DNA from: Mytilus edulis
Taxonomy: Eukaryota
DNA length: 64,000 nucleotides
Direction: 5' to 3'
Assembly: GCF_963676685.1 (NCBI RefSeq)
Contig: NC_092351.1
Coordinates: forward strand, 42,594,001-42,658,000
A model generated the notes under the pieces. It made no database searches. It saw nothing but the letters and a program-made list of their open reading frames with translations, and was not told the DNA's origin. Position numbers and translations under genes: made by a program. Below are positions 23,421 to 36,060 of this stretch, one piece after another (position 1 is the stretch's first letter; the number at the start of each line of letters is the position of its first letter).

Positions 23421-26400
23421 AAATAAAACTAGATATCGTAGAAAAAACCATACACAGTACAGGGTTGTGCGTTAGCTACAGGATTGCCTTCAATTCAACA
23501 TGTACAACATAAATATATACAATAGTCAATAGCCATACACAAATGAATCAATTTTTACCATTCACAAATCGATAAGAAACGATAAGGTTACATATAGAAA
23601 GGGGTTGGAGGATGGGGAATAGTATACCAAACTGACCTAGTTCTTACTATCTTGTAACAAGCGTCGCATTGATCAAACACACCTCAATTCTTCAATATAT
23701 ACCGACTGCCAAAATCGTCCGTGCAGAAAGGGATTGAATTGGTATAACTCCATCTCATTTAATTATAGAAAGACCGATATATATAAAACATAGGGCCGTA
23801 AAGAAATGTATTTACACTCTTCCATTTTCATGATTTTTTTCAATTGTTCGATCCTTTTGTCAAAAAGGTTTTCACCTCTTAATTTACAAGTTCAATTTTT
23901 AGCCTTTGGTTTATTCATTGTTATTGTACTTATTTCTGTAAGAATTCTATCTTATATCCTTCGACATCATCTAGTATCCATTTGTCAGATGTAATTGTTT
24001 TCCAGAATTTTTATTATTTTCTTACCTTTCTAATAGAATTGACGTCTTTTATCGTTTTGGGTGATGGAAACCACGTCCCCTTCCTCTGACCTTTTCTGAG
24101 GTTGGCCTCTCAGATAAGTAGTAAAATGGTTGACTGAGTTACTAAGAAATATATATAGATATATGTAGAGAGAGAAAAAAACACATAACAGAAGGTACAT
24201 GTAAAAGTAAAATGAAAAAAAAAGCAAATGATAATCCCTAATGAAATGTACATTATTAATTGATAGGTATCATAAAATTGTTTTGAAATTTTATCTGGTT
24301 GTTCACCTTTGTGTCGTCTGTGATATACTCATAAAAAAGGATTTTTAAAAACATATAACAAGATATGTGCTAGTTAAATGCTACCAATGTAAGGATGTCT
24401 CCCTCGATTGATGTAGCAAATAAAGAATCATTAAGTTAAAGGATTGGTTGTAGTTTTTTCTTTTCCATAACGGCAAGTTGTGTCAATTTTTCCAAATAAA
24501 TTTAGGATTTAAGGAATTATTACGGCATGTTTCATCATTTTGAAATAAAGTTATGTACACGGCCGACACTCGGCTAACCGAGAGATTGGTCTGTTAATCG
24601 GGTTGGTTTTACGTCTGTTAAGAGTAAAAACGCACAATTTAATATTAACCTGTATCAAAAATACAGATTGTTCGCATATTATAAGAACCAAATCAAAAAA
24701 AAGAAAAGTGTCTGACAAAATGATATCTATCATAGAACATTTTCCACTTGTAAAAACATTTCATAGTCCACTGGGGTAAAGCTGATGACCGTAACTGCAT
24801 TCACGGTCATCCCAAGATGTCGGATGAAAAATTAGGTCAGTTTCTGTATTGTCTGTTAAAGTGTTTCTATATCATTTTCTTTACAAATCATACATTGAAA
24901 CGATGTTAATTTATAAAAGAATCACTCGAAAATCACTAATTACTTCTTAAAAATGTGCATGAAACGGGAAATTCGATTTGAAAAAATCGCCAAGATGACC
25001 GTAAATCACAATCGAGATGACCGTAACAGAATCAGCGATTCATAACAAGGGTGACCGTAACTGCTTTTAAGATGACCGTAATTTGTAAATGATGACCGTA
25101 ACTTTTAAAGGATGACCCTCAATTCTAAGAAATATTCGTATTTATATAACTATCTTTTTGTATCAAATGATTAATCGTGTTGGTATACACATATTAATAT
25201 GAGAGTTTTATCCTAAATGTATAGGTAGAAGAAAATAAGACGTGCTTCAAATGCAAAGATAACCATATGTATCTTTTTTACAGTAGAGGGTTTAATTTTT
25301 AAAATGAATTTGCCAAAAGACATGCAAATGAACAGGAAGGCAAAACATGCTACAAAAGCGCGATAAAATGACACCTTACAAGCATAATGAAAAAAATGCG
25401 GTGCACAGCCTTCAACTGCTCGACAAAATATGTTTGTTTTGTTTCTGGGATTCCTTTTAATGACATATAATAAATACACATTTTTAAAAATGCCAAAAAA
25501 TTGCATGTACACCCATTGATATTATATCGTCTTTCATTTTGTCGTGCAAATAAAATAACAGCAATATTTTGAAAATATCATTCGAATAAACTAGTGAAGG
25601 TGAGCTCCAGCAAAGTAGATCCTTAAAATAGTATTGTACGAAAATCGTATCACAAAGCGGAACGTTGTCAATTTGTATATATACAGAAATGTTATTGATA
25701 ATTCATAGTCAGGATTCTACTTCTTCAAAATTATCTCCCCATTACGCCAGTTCATGCTCACAATCGTAGAAATGGAAGCCATTGTAGGGATGACGCTCTG
25801 CTAATTTTGCTCTTGAAAACTGATAAATTTATCCACATAGCACCATTACGATCGATCGTTATATGTCAGTTATATTTTAAAAGACAAATGTATCTACTAG
25901 CTAATGAGCATTAGTTAATGATTTTGTCTGCATTGAATCAACTTAAAAATATTGTCTGTTCGGATGTCAGATGGAATTTTTGAAAATTCTTAAGCATTTA
26001 AAAAAATTCTAATTAAATATTTCGTGGAAGGGCAGACTAAACATTTTCAGTGGTTGAAGATTATAAACCCTAGTTATCACACACAAGAAAATCATATTTT
26101 ATCGAAGATATCCATTTTCATCATCCAAATTAAAAGACTGTCGTCAAGTACTTTTAGAAAAAAATTCGAACACACCTACTCTGTTTTTGTGATTCATTAG
26201 ATAGGTATCTCACTTGACCCATATATTTCATCTTTTCGTACTGTCATTTTTTTACGTTATAAAGTCAACCTGTAGCTTTGATATATAATAATGACAGAAT
26301 CTGAAGCGAGATGCTATATAAAATACTCTTGCTTTGTACGTTTTAAAGACAAAATATACACCCCAAACATGCCCTAACATAAAAAGGTGCACTCGATTTT

Positions 26401-26569
26401 TCTCTTCGATTCAATCATTACCTGTTTTGGGGAATTTTTTCTTGGTTCACATAATGGAAGGGCAGACACGATAATTTCTGAACTAAAAGATTAATATGTT
26501 CTCCGTCCGTGATAAAAAAAAATCGGAGGATATGCATTTTCTACATCCAACTTATAGATACTATATATA

Positions 26570-26715
26570 AAAAAGATGTGGTATTATTGCCAATGAGACA
26601 ACTATCCAGAAAAGACCAAAATGACACAAACATTAACAACTATAGGTAACCGTAAGGCCTTCAACAATGAGCAAAGCCTATACCGCATAGTCAGCTATAA
26701 AAGGCCCCGATAAGA
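26570..26715 (+). repeat. Family A fragment nested in the inner transposon
   Basis: aagatgtggtattattgccaatgagacaac...aaaaggccccg. Confidence 0.85.
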
Positions 26716-27036
26716 ACCATGTCGTCGACTTGATATCTTATTGTTTTGCACTAATATGTAATAGATAATTGAAAACTTATGCAAATGGTGTTTTTAAATT
26801 AAGAAAATTGTCGTTTTATTTGTTTCTATTAACTTTTTAAAATTTTGTTACTATATCAAACATTACAGTTAACATTTATCGCTTTCTCGATAAACACAGA
26901 GCTTCGATTCTTTTCTATTTCAAAAGTGTTTCCGTCTGCATACAATGTATATCAAGACAAATTAAAATTTTAATCTGCTTCCTCTGGAACCATACACATG
27001 GGCTCGATTACCAAATATTCGTATGTATTATTCATG

Positions 27037-27287
27037 TTTTTAATGCTCCATTTATTGGCATTATGTTTTTCTGGTCTGTGCGTACGTTCGTCCGTTCGTC
27101 TGTTTGTTTGTCCGTTTGTCCAGCTTTAAGTTAAATAAAATTGAAACTTAGTACACATTTTCCCTATGGTATGATCTTTTTAATTCTAATGCCAAATTAC
27201 AGTTTTATCCTATTTTCATAGTCCACTTAACATAGAAAATGATAGTGTAGATGAGGCATCCGTGTACTAGGGACACCTTTATGTTTC
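27037..27287 (+). mobile_element. Short HINE-like element
   Basis: aatgc...ggcatt inverted repeat, (cgtt/cgtc)n, and 3' gcatccgtgtactagggacac; same family as 38772-39208. Confidence 0.7.
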
Positions 27288-28677
27288 TTTAAATTTTCGT
27301 CGTATCGCTGTCAATTTGTGTTAAAATGTTAACGTCGATATCAATAAATATTTCATTGTTTATATACGAGAAATATGCAATTTACTATCATTGTTATAAA
27401 TCCTAAACATGGCCAATTATATTATAGTTTAAAAAAAGAAATTTATGAAACATATTTATATCCGCTTACCGAGTCCCTATTGAGATCGACTAACTCAACA
27501 AAAAAGCTTTTAATACAATACGGATATTTCTTAGAATTGATGGTCATCCTATAAAAGTTACGGTCGTCCTATATAAATTATAGTCAGTCTTTACAAATTA
27601 CGGTCATCCTTTACAAGTTACGGTCGTCTTTTTACCAATCACGGTCATCCTTGTTTTATGTTACGGTCATCTTGAAAATATTTTGATTATGATTTACGGT
27701 CATCTAAACGATTTTTTCAAATCGAATTTCCCGTTTCATGCACATTTCTCGGAAGTAATTAGTGATTTTCGAGTGATTCTTTTATAAATTTACATCGTTT
27801 CAATGAATGATTTGTAAAGAAAATGATATAGAAACACTTTAACAGACAATACAGAAACTGACCTAATTTTTCATCCGACATCTTGGGATGACCGTGAATG
27901 CAGTTACGGTCATCAGCTTTACCCCAGTGATAGTCTACGCAGTTTTCAGTAAAATTAAAAGGCGTCGCTCAAGTATGTAGTATTTTTGCTTAAACGCATA
28001 GGAATTTTTTTAATAAAAGTCGAAACAAACAATTTTAGTTATCATTTAAAGGACACAAAATAGTACTTTGGGTCTAAAAAATAAATTTGCATTGGTGAAT
28101 ATTTCATAATTGTAATATAACGTGAATATTACCACGTTTTAGTGAAAATTATGGGAATAAAGTCTGTTAATGGGTTGGACAATTGAAATTGTGTCAGTTA
28201 AGAGTAATTTAGCCACAGTTATTTTTGCTACCTTTATATTTTCCCATAGAAAAAGTTAAGAATGAGATGTTCCTAAGTAATAAAAAAAATGATAATACGG
28301 TGCAACAGTATCCTACGGAAGCTAATTAGCGCCACACATTTTTTTTTTTTATTTTTCTTCCTATATTTGCGTTATAACGCAAATCTCAAATATCTTGATT
28401 GCAATTGTTCATTAAGTTTTGTAAAAAATGTCCGTCTGTCATTCATTTCGGTTGTGATTTACTAGTAAGAGCATTTTTATTTTGACTTTCTTTGCATTTT
28501 ATTGAAGGGTGTCACTTCAATATAGCGTGATATAAATTGGCAGCTGGAATATGCATGAATTTATTATTAATGTTTTCAATCAGCCTCAATTTTTGTGTCT
28601 GTTCAAAGTAGCACGTTCTCAAATCCGACTGAAAGTGTCTTTCTAACACAACACAGGGTACCGGTAAAATAAATATA

Positions 28678-29452
28678 AACTGTCAGTAACTGCGAGTACT
28701 CTCAAATCGTATTTTCTTGTTAATTCGACCTGTTGATACTGTTTATAATGCTTTTTTGTTATTTTTTATTTATATGGATCTTGTCTGTACACCAGCTTTG
28801 ATTATTTGTAATATCTTCAATTTTTCACTTATTCTTACATTTGTATAAACTTCAAGATTATAAAAAAACCGGTTTTTTTTCTAAAGTGAACATTGATTGG
28901 TTAAATATTTCTCAGTCATGTCCTGTGTTTGAATTTGTTTGTTAGCTTTTTGGTCATGAATGTTTGTCTCTAATATTTAATTAACTGTGCATTTGTATTC
29001 AGATATCGCAGATCAAATTTAATCGTTCATTGTTTAATCGTAGGTTTTTTGATTGAGTTAAGTCTGCCAATTGATATTTCATCGTATGTTTTTCTTTGTT
29101 GTGATGTTATGCTATTATTTCAGAAAAAGGGAGAAGGTTTGGATCCATTAAAACGTTTAATCCCGCTGCAAATGTTTGCACCTGTCCTAAGTCAGGAATC
29201 TGATGTACAGTAGTTGTCGTTTGTTTATGTAATATATACGTGTTTCTCGTTTTGTTTATATAGATTAGACCGTTGGTTTTCCCGTTTGAATGGTTTTACA
29301 CTAGTAATTTTGGGGCCCTTTATAGCTTGTTGTTCGGTGTGAGCCAAGGCTCCGTGTTGAAGGCCGTACTTTAACCTATAATGGTTTACTTTTTAAATTG
29401 TTATTTGTATGGAGAGTTGTCTCATTGGCACTCACACCACATCTTCCTATAT
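28678..29452 (-). repeat. Long variant of family A
   Basis: Ends gagagttgtctcattggcactcacaccacatcttcc and contains cctgtcctaagtcagg. Confidence 0.75.
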
Positions 29453-29594
29453 CTATGTACATCTGTCCAGTGCATATAACGTGTTGTTATTCTCATATGC
29501 ACATGATATTTGTCACTGGACGAAAAACCCTTATTCGTAAGCATCCTCCAATTGGTTCTTTATTTCTATTACTTAATCATATGTTGTTTACAAA

Positions 29595-30062
29595 AAAAAG
29601 TAAAATCACAAAAATACTGAACTTAGAGGAAAATCAATTCGGAAAGTCCATAATCACATGGCAAAATCAAAAAACAAAACGTATCAAAAACGAATGGACA
29701 AGAACTGTCATATTCCTGACTTGGTACAGGCATTTTCAAATGTAGAAAATGGTGGATAAAACCTAGTTCTATAGCGCTAACCCTCTCACTTTAATGACAG
29801 TCTCATAAAATTCCGTTATATTTACATTGATGGCGTTAAATAAACAGACACAATCAATAAAATAGTCAAAATATGGGTATATCAGTCATCATCTTATAAC
29901 AATTTTAAAAGGAACAATTTAACAGAACACAAAAACATCTACTATCTACGAACACATTCGTTGATTTGAGTGTCTGACATCAGAAATTTTTTTTACGTCA
30001 CATAAATTTGTCGTTCAATGTGCATACAAACGATTTAAAAATTTTACATAGGCAATGTTAGT
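29595..30062 (+). repeat. Dispersed repeat family D
   Basis: aaaagtaaaatcacaaaaatactgaact...attcctgacttggtacaggc. It shares the cctgacttgg.acaggc core with families A and B. Single copy here; family status is from recall. Confidence 0.55.
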
Positions 30063-30735
30063 CATTCTCAAGAAGTAAATGGAAAGGAGCGAATGCAGCT
30101 ACATTTGGTCATCTTAAGTTTTAATACATTTTATTCCGTTTAATTCCTTTCTTCATAAGTGTAGAGGAGAACGGCACTGAGTTGTCCGCATGTAAACTTC
30201 TAGCATTTGTCACCAATATGAGTACATCGCAATCCGTTACTGTTTCAACATCCAGGGGTGTTTCATGTGTGTATTCTTAAACAATTATTATTTTTTCTCT
30301 CTTTTTTAGCAATGCATCACTCTCTACTGTCCTTATCTATTATTCTATATTCTGCTACTCCATCCAGATTATCGTGTATACCATGAGGGTTCGGATTGGG
30401 GGTGTTGTTTATTTCTGTATTCTTTAAATTGTTATGTCACGTAAGACGTTTTTACCTTTTATTTATCTTTCTCATTATTCTTTCTCTATTCTTTATATTT
30501 TGGCATCCAAATATATTTTACTTACTGATGTTTAGTTACATTACGACGTTTATCTCTGATTTATATACTGGTTACCAATGTAGATGACAAGGTGGTGTCA
30601 TGCATGACAATTACACAGAATCCACATGATATATGCGACCATTCTTGGAAGAAATTAACATTACTTTAATATTACACTTTTTGAAACCGTTTTTATCAAT
30701 TTTCTATTTCCATTGTTTAAATTGTTCATTGTTCA

Positions 30736-30887
30736 CAGTGGCGGATCCAGCCATTTAAAAAAGGGGGGATCCCAGCCCAGAGTAAAAAGGGGGGGGGGGG
30801 GTTTCAACTATATGCTCCCATTCAAATGCATTGATCGGCAAAAAAAGGGGGTTCCAACCCCCGGAACCCCCCCTGGATCCACCACTG
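30736..30887. mobile_element. 152-bp hAT-like MITE with 5-bp TSD
   Basis: TIR cagtggcggatccag / ctggatccaccactg, flanked by GTTCA on both sides. Confidence 0.85.
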
Positions 30888-32129
30888 GTTCATGTGTTGT
30901 TTCCGTATAGTTTATGTTTCATTGCTCATGTGTTGTTTCCGTATATTTTAGCCGCTCGTCTTGAGCTTACCCATTTGATCCGATAACACCCCATATAGCA
31001 ATAAAATTATACTTTAATTGCTATTCATAACTCTTAACAGACCAATTAACAGACCGGGTTTTATACACCCGACCCATTAACAGACCAGGTTTTAATTAGA
31101 TTGATTTATGTCACCAAAATACAGATTTTCGTGAAGATTTTTCACACAATGATTTTAGTATGGTTAACAAACATAATGCCTGTCTTTTTTCGATGTTTAA
31201 AATATTGCATGCACGTAAATTCAACCAACGGTGTCATTTTGTGTACAGTTTGTGTGAGTAAAATGTGTATAAATTTATTGATGAGTAACCCGCCTTTTCA
31301 TTTTATAGATCGTACATTGAAGCTAGAAAAATAATAATTACACCACTGGATTCAGTACATTGAATTGTTTTGTTAGACATGAATATTTTTTTATGATAAT
31401 CATATATTTAAAAAGTTATACAGTGAAACATGCTGAACTTTCAATGATTTTCTCGATAACACCTGATTAACAGACTTTAGCCAACCCAATTAACAGACCA
31501 ACCGCCGATATAGCCGCATACTCAATATAGATTAACCGACCAAACTCTCGGTTAGCCGAGTGTCGGCCGTGATGTAAGCCAGTTAATAAACTGTGTTGAG
31601 TTTCTTATTGCATGTACAATATATTGTTTGGATTGTTCAAATTGCTGCTGTTTGGATGAGTGTAAGTGATTACCTAATACACAAGATAAATGTGTATTCA
31701 CCTGGTTTACGATATGAGGATATCATTCAGGGAAACTTTCCTTTGAATAAATTACTCGAGTCTGGTATAGTGATAACAATTGAATTTAATAATAAAATTC
31801 ATGATTTAAAATAAATAAATAATTTATCTGAATAGAAGTTTGTACTCAATTACAACAATTTAATGAAAAACAATTGCATTTTAATACTCTACGAATGACA
31901 GTCTATAAATATTCAATACACATAGCAGTCTATCAATGGTAACACATAAATACACAGAGTTAATATTAGTCTATCTAATGTTTGTCAGCTTAGAGAAAGC
32001 ATTATGTTTGTTACTTTGGTATACTTGTCTTTGACGGTTAGACTGCCACTGACGGAGTGCAGTTTTGGGCCGAAGTCTTTGCCAGGAACACCCACTAATC
32101 CTATGCGCATCAGCTGATCCAAAGTATCG

Positions 32130-32900
32130 GTGCTGCTCTTGAATCGGAGATTTGTCTAGAGTACCCACGCTCACATTCTACACTAGAAACTGGTAGGACA
32201 CTGGCGATTTCAATTAATTTTACAATGTTAACGAATTGGTCTTTCATTGGTGTCACTTCTTTTATTAGCTCAGCAGGGCTCAGATGTCTAAAGTTGTTGA
32301 AAATTATATATTTGATAGTACTCCATTCTTTTAAGGTGATGTCATCGTCAAAACTGGTGTAATGACTGGTCAGTGTGGAAAGTTGACTGGAAAAGATGCT
32401 GGTTCGAATATAGTGAAGGCCTCAACTATCTGGAACTTTGTCTTTTGTGTTGTCAGTAAGAGTTGATACCAGATGAACATCTTTGTCAGAAAGGTGGGCT
32501 TCTATTGGTGAGCGGCTGAAGTCTATACCTTTGAATTTCTCTTGTTCAGTTGTTGTTAGGATGAAATGAGGCAGAAGTGGCCCAAACGATGGTTGGTCAA
32601 TGAGGTACTAGGCTGATAAGGCAGTCAGGAACCCGTCAACTTGCAGTCGGACGGTGCTGTAATAAAGCTCTCTCTGTTGCAATGCCTTACTGATCTTCTT
32701 GATCTTGCTGAAGATTTCACTCAGAAAGTGAAGCAGGAAGAGGAACTTGTAAGATGTCATGTGATGCACCATGGAACTGGCAACTATATCACTGTCACCT
32801 TGGTCTGATACTTATGGACTATCGAAACTATGGATCTTCTTATGTTGTCTAATGCATGGGCTATAGATAACCATCGGACTTTGTGGATATCAAGTGGATC
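32130..32900 (-). mobile_element. hAT transposase remnant (ZNF862-like, with dimerisation domain)
   Basis: Minus translation VRWLSI...YKFLFLLHFLSEIF...ALQ...KLIEIASVLPVSSVECERGYS. Confidence 0.88.
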
Positions 32901-32951
32901 GTCTGGGATTGTTTGCCAGGTACCGAGCTCTGACAGGTTGGTTGGTATGAA

Positions 32952-33655
32952 AATGAAGATGTGGTATTATTGCCAATGAGACAACTCTCCACAAGAAACC
33001 AAAATGACAAAAAAAATAACGACTTTAGGTCACCGTTCGGCCTTTAACAATGAGCAAAGTCCATACCGTGTAGTCAGGTATAAAAGGCCACGTAATGACA
33101 ATGTTAAACATTTCAAACGAGAAAACTATTGTCCTAACTTCTGAACGAAAAACAAATTTGTAACACATAAACAAACGACAACCACTGAACTACAGGCTCC
33201 TGACTTGGGACAGGCACATACATAGACAATGGCGGGATTAAACATGTTTGCGGGATCCCCCTGACCTGGGACAGTAGTTTAACAGTACAACATAGGAACG
33301 AACTATAAAAATCTGTTGACAAGGCTTAACTCGTCAGATGGATAAAAATACAAATACTACAAACACAAGTGGACGTGGTCGGGTACTTGTACATCCCAAC
33401 AACAAAAAGACACTGTACAGATCTCAGAGTATTCGCAGTTTCTGACAGCTATTTCAAAGCCACTAACGGCTAATAAAAAAAATCATCGTCTAAGACTGAA
33501 TTATTAATCAGTACACATTCAACATCCAATGGATTTAGTGTACATACGTCTTTAAGAAGTCAGAGAAAAACACGACCTTGTGCAATGCCAAGATACAGGT
33601 ATCGACAGATTGAATATCCATGAATGTGTATATGCATATAACAATAACATTTATT
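32952..33655 (+). repeat. Long copy of family A
   Basis: gaagatgtggtattattgccaatgagacaactctcc...ggctcctgacttgggacaggc... Confidence 0.85.
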
Positions 33656-34439
33656 AATGTCGGAGCCCCGCTTGACTGTCTCCCGACTGACCAAAACATT
33701 TTAAAACCGTACAGTTCCGTTCCCACACTGTGAACTTATATATGGTCTGTTTTCATGTGAAAAAAATGAATATACAGATAAACTCTCAAGGGTCCTACGT
33801 GTCCGTTTGAAACATACCTCGATGGAAAATTATAAGAAATTGCTAAACGAACACACAAAGAAAAATTTTATAGCATTGCACACACTTTAGATAAATGCAT
33901 TTCTAGAGTTGACATATTCAGGTTTTTTTTACGTGTTAACAAACTACAATTAAAATCTTGTAAGACATGGTTAAACTGATAATAGAGGCAAAAAGAATAA
34001 CAAAAGGGTAGAAGAAAATAAGATTTACAAACATGAAGAACAACAGTCTTCTGTAGGATTTTTTGGGGTCTTGACAGAAAAATTATACAACACTAACAAC
34101 ACCTTTAAGTTTTGGCATGATTTTATTCAATGAGACTGTTTCTCTTACATTAATTTGGTCTAATCTTTCGGATTTCAAATAGGTAACTGCTTGTTAACGC
34201 ATTTAAGATACTAACTATACCTTTAATTTTCATGCATGTGATTGTCGTATCGTAGTTTCATATTCCGGAAACGGTTTTCCGATGTGTGTTTGACATTTAA
34301 CATTAACTCTCTCTCTTCCTGTTTTACGAACTTGGCATTTTACTGTGTTAGTCAATAAATAGACAATATCTCAAGTCGTACAATTTTCCTTATTGGCGTA
34401 TGTACATGAGAATCTTTCCAAACATAAGTTTGGTTTCCT

Positions 34440-34580
34440 CAAAATGTCTAAGTTTAATTAATTACCCAGGTGACTAGTAGCAGTTTTTTGGCCATAATTA
34501 CAGGAGAAAACTGGCAACAACTTGCACTGGATGAAGCATACGAATCGTACATCAATCTAAATCTGAAACAGTCAGTTAAA
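34440..34580 (+). pseudogene. Possible Academ-like transposase remnant
   Basis: ITGENWQQLALDEAYESYINLNLKQ resembles an ALDExxExxIN motif; very decayed. Confidence 0.3.
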
Positions 34581-35924
34581 AATCGAATCCAACACTGCTG
34601 GTTGCTATGACATTTAACCCTGTATGCAGAGAATCAATGCCAAGAAATTTAATTGGTGAAACACTAGGGTCAAAATAAGGGTCTCATCTTATTCAAGCCT
34701 GTAAATTAATGCCAGAAGTGTGTGGTTATCAGGATCAAATGCATTACTATGAAATTGGTAAGCAGATTTTTGAACACTACATCAATTCAAAAATCCTGAA
34801 AATTCTACGTATACATTTCATTGTTAGGGAACATGTCTTGAGCTTAACAAAGAAAAAAAGAAAATAACAGAGGGAAAAAAATACAATCTGCGATTTTAAA
34901 AAGTAAATGGTTCATTCAACGAAAACGACCCAACAACTCAATATTTACTGCCAGGGCTATACGTGCTGGATGGAAAAATTGAACAAACAAGACATATAAT
35001 CTAACATGTATACAAAGCATTTGATCACAAGGTATAAATGAGTTATAATGAAATCGCTACTAAAGGGCTGAAACCCCAAGGTAATTATACAGATTCAAAC
35101 CTATATACAAATCCAGTTTTAAGAAGAAAATGTGCTTATTGACAGGCCTGGGGCATTTAAAGAAAATTGATATAAAATGTAATGATTTAAGCGGAAGAAT
35201 TTGGCAGATACGTACACAATAAAAAAAAACGCAATATGGACTTAGGCGGAAGGATATGACAGAACATTGGCTTAAGTTTGAATCGATGTTCCAGAAACAT
35301 CTATACAAATCAAAATAGATATTTAATTTGTTTTAAATGGTATGATAAATTGACTGTATAAAACAATGACGTCTTTTATCGCACTATCCCCAGCCATCCA
35401 CATCTGCTGTGAGGATCGCATCATCACGGAATGTGACAGCCCCATCCTCAGGAAGACCATCTACAGCCCGTAACAGCGAAATGCCACCAACACCAAACAG
35501 GAATAACCCAACCTCTCGACTGAACATCAATGAGCGGGTAAGGCGTCATCTAAACGAACAGGGTAGACATATACCTGATAGTAATGACCCTAGATATGGA
35601 TTGGCCCGTAGGTTAGACAGATATAGTGGTAGGGGTAGGGAAAGAAACAGTGGCCGCCAAACAAGACAAACCACAAGATACCTGGTTAGATAGACAGAGT
35701 TCATTAAACTGAAGCTTATGCGATATATTTATAAACACAAGGCAGACATTTTTGGTGCTCTCTCTGACACAGATTTTGACATGTCTAATTAAAAAGCTTT
35801 TTTTAATCCTTAAAAGATGTTTTTTTTTTAGTTTTTATTGTGTGTTTTCATTATTGAGGTAAAACATATCGTAGTTGATATTCTTCCTCAATCATAATAA
35901 CCTTCCATCATTACCGAACTGAAC

Positions 35925-36060
35925 AAAGAAATAACACGACGGGTGTCGTATACGGTGCAGGAAATGCTTACCCTTCCGGAGCACCTGATTTCACTTCCGG
36001 TTTTTAGTTGAGTTCGTGTTGTTTCTTAATTATTATTTATAACTGTTGATGTAAATTTGT
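35925..36060 (+). repeat. Dispersed repeat family E fragment
   Basis: aacacgacgggtg...gcttacccttccggagcacctga; a reverse-complement remnant lies at about 2000-2025. Confidence 0.55.

Larger units (their letters stand above)
24769..27929. mobile_element. 3.2-kb non-autonomous DNA transposon with ~245-bp TIRs, CAC...GTG termini and 6-bp TSD (inner element)
   Basis: TIR cactggggtaaagctgatgaccgtaac...; TSD ATAGTC at 24763-24768 and 27930-27935; clusters of gatgaccgtaa repeats at both ends. Confidence 0.95.
24558..31571. mobile_element. 7-kb non-autonomous DNA transposon with CAC...GTG termini and 5-bp TSD (outer element)
   Basis: 27-bp perfect TIR cacggccgacactcggctaaccgagag; TSD ATGTA at 24553-24557 and 31572-31576; subterminal ttaacagacc repeats near both ends. 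Confidence 0.92.

Noticed and set aside
24558-24600. RAG-transposon RSS-like terminus
   Set aside because: Only CAC and the 5-bp TSD fit. The heptamer is CACGGCC, no A-rich nonamer sits at 12/23 spacing, and no RAG1/2 coding sequence lies inside.
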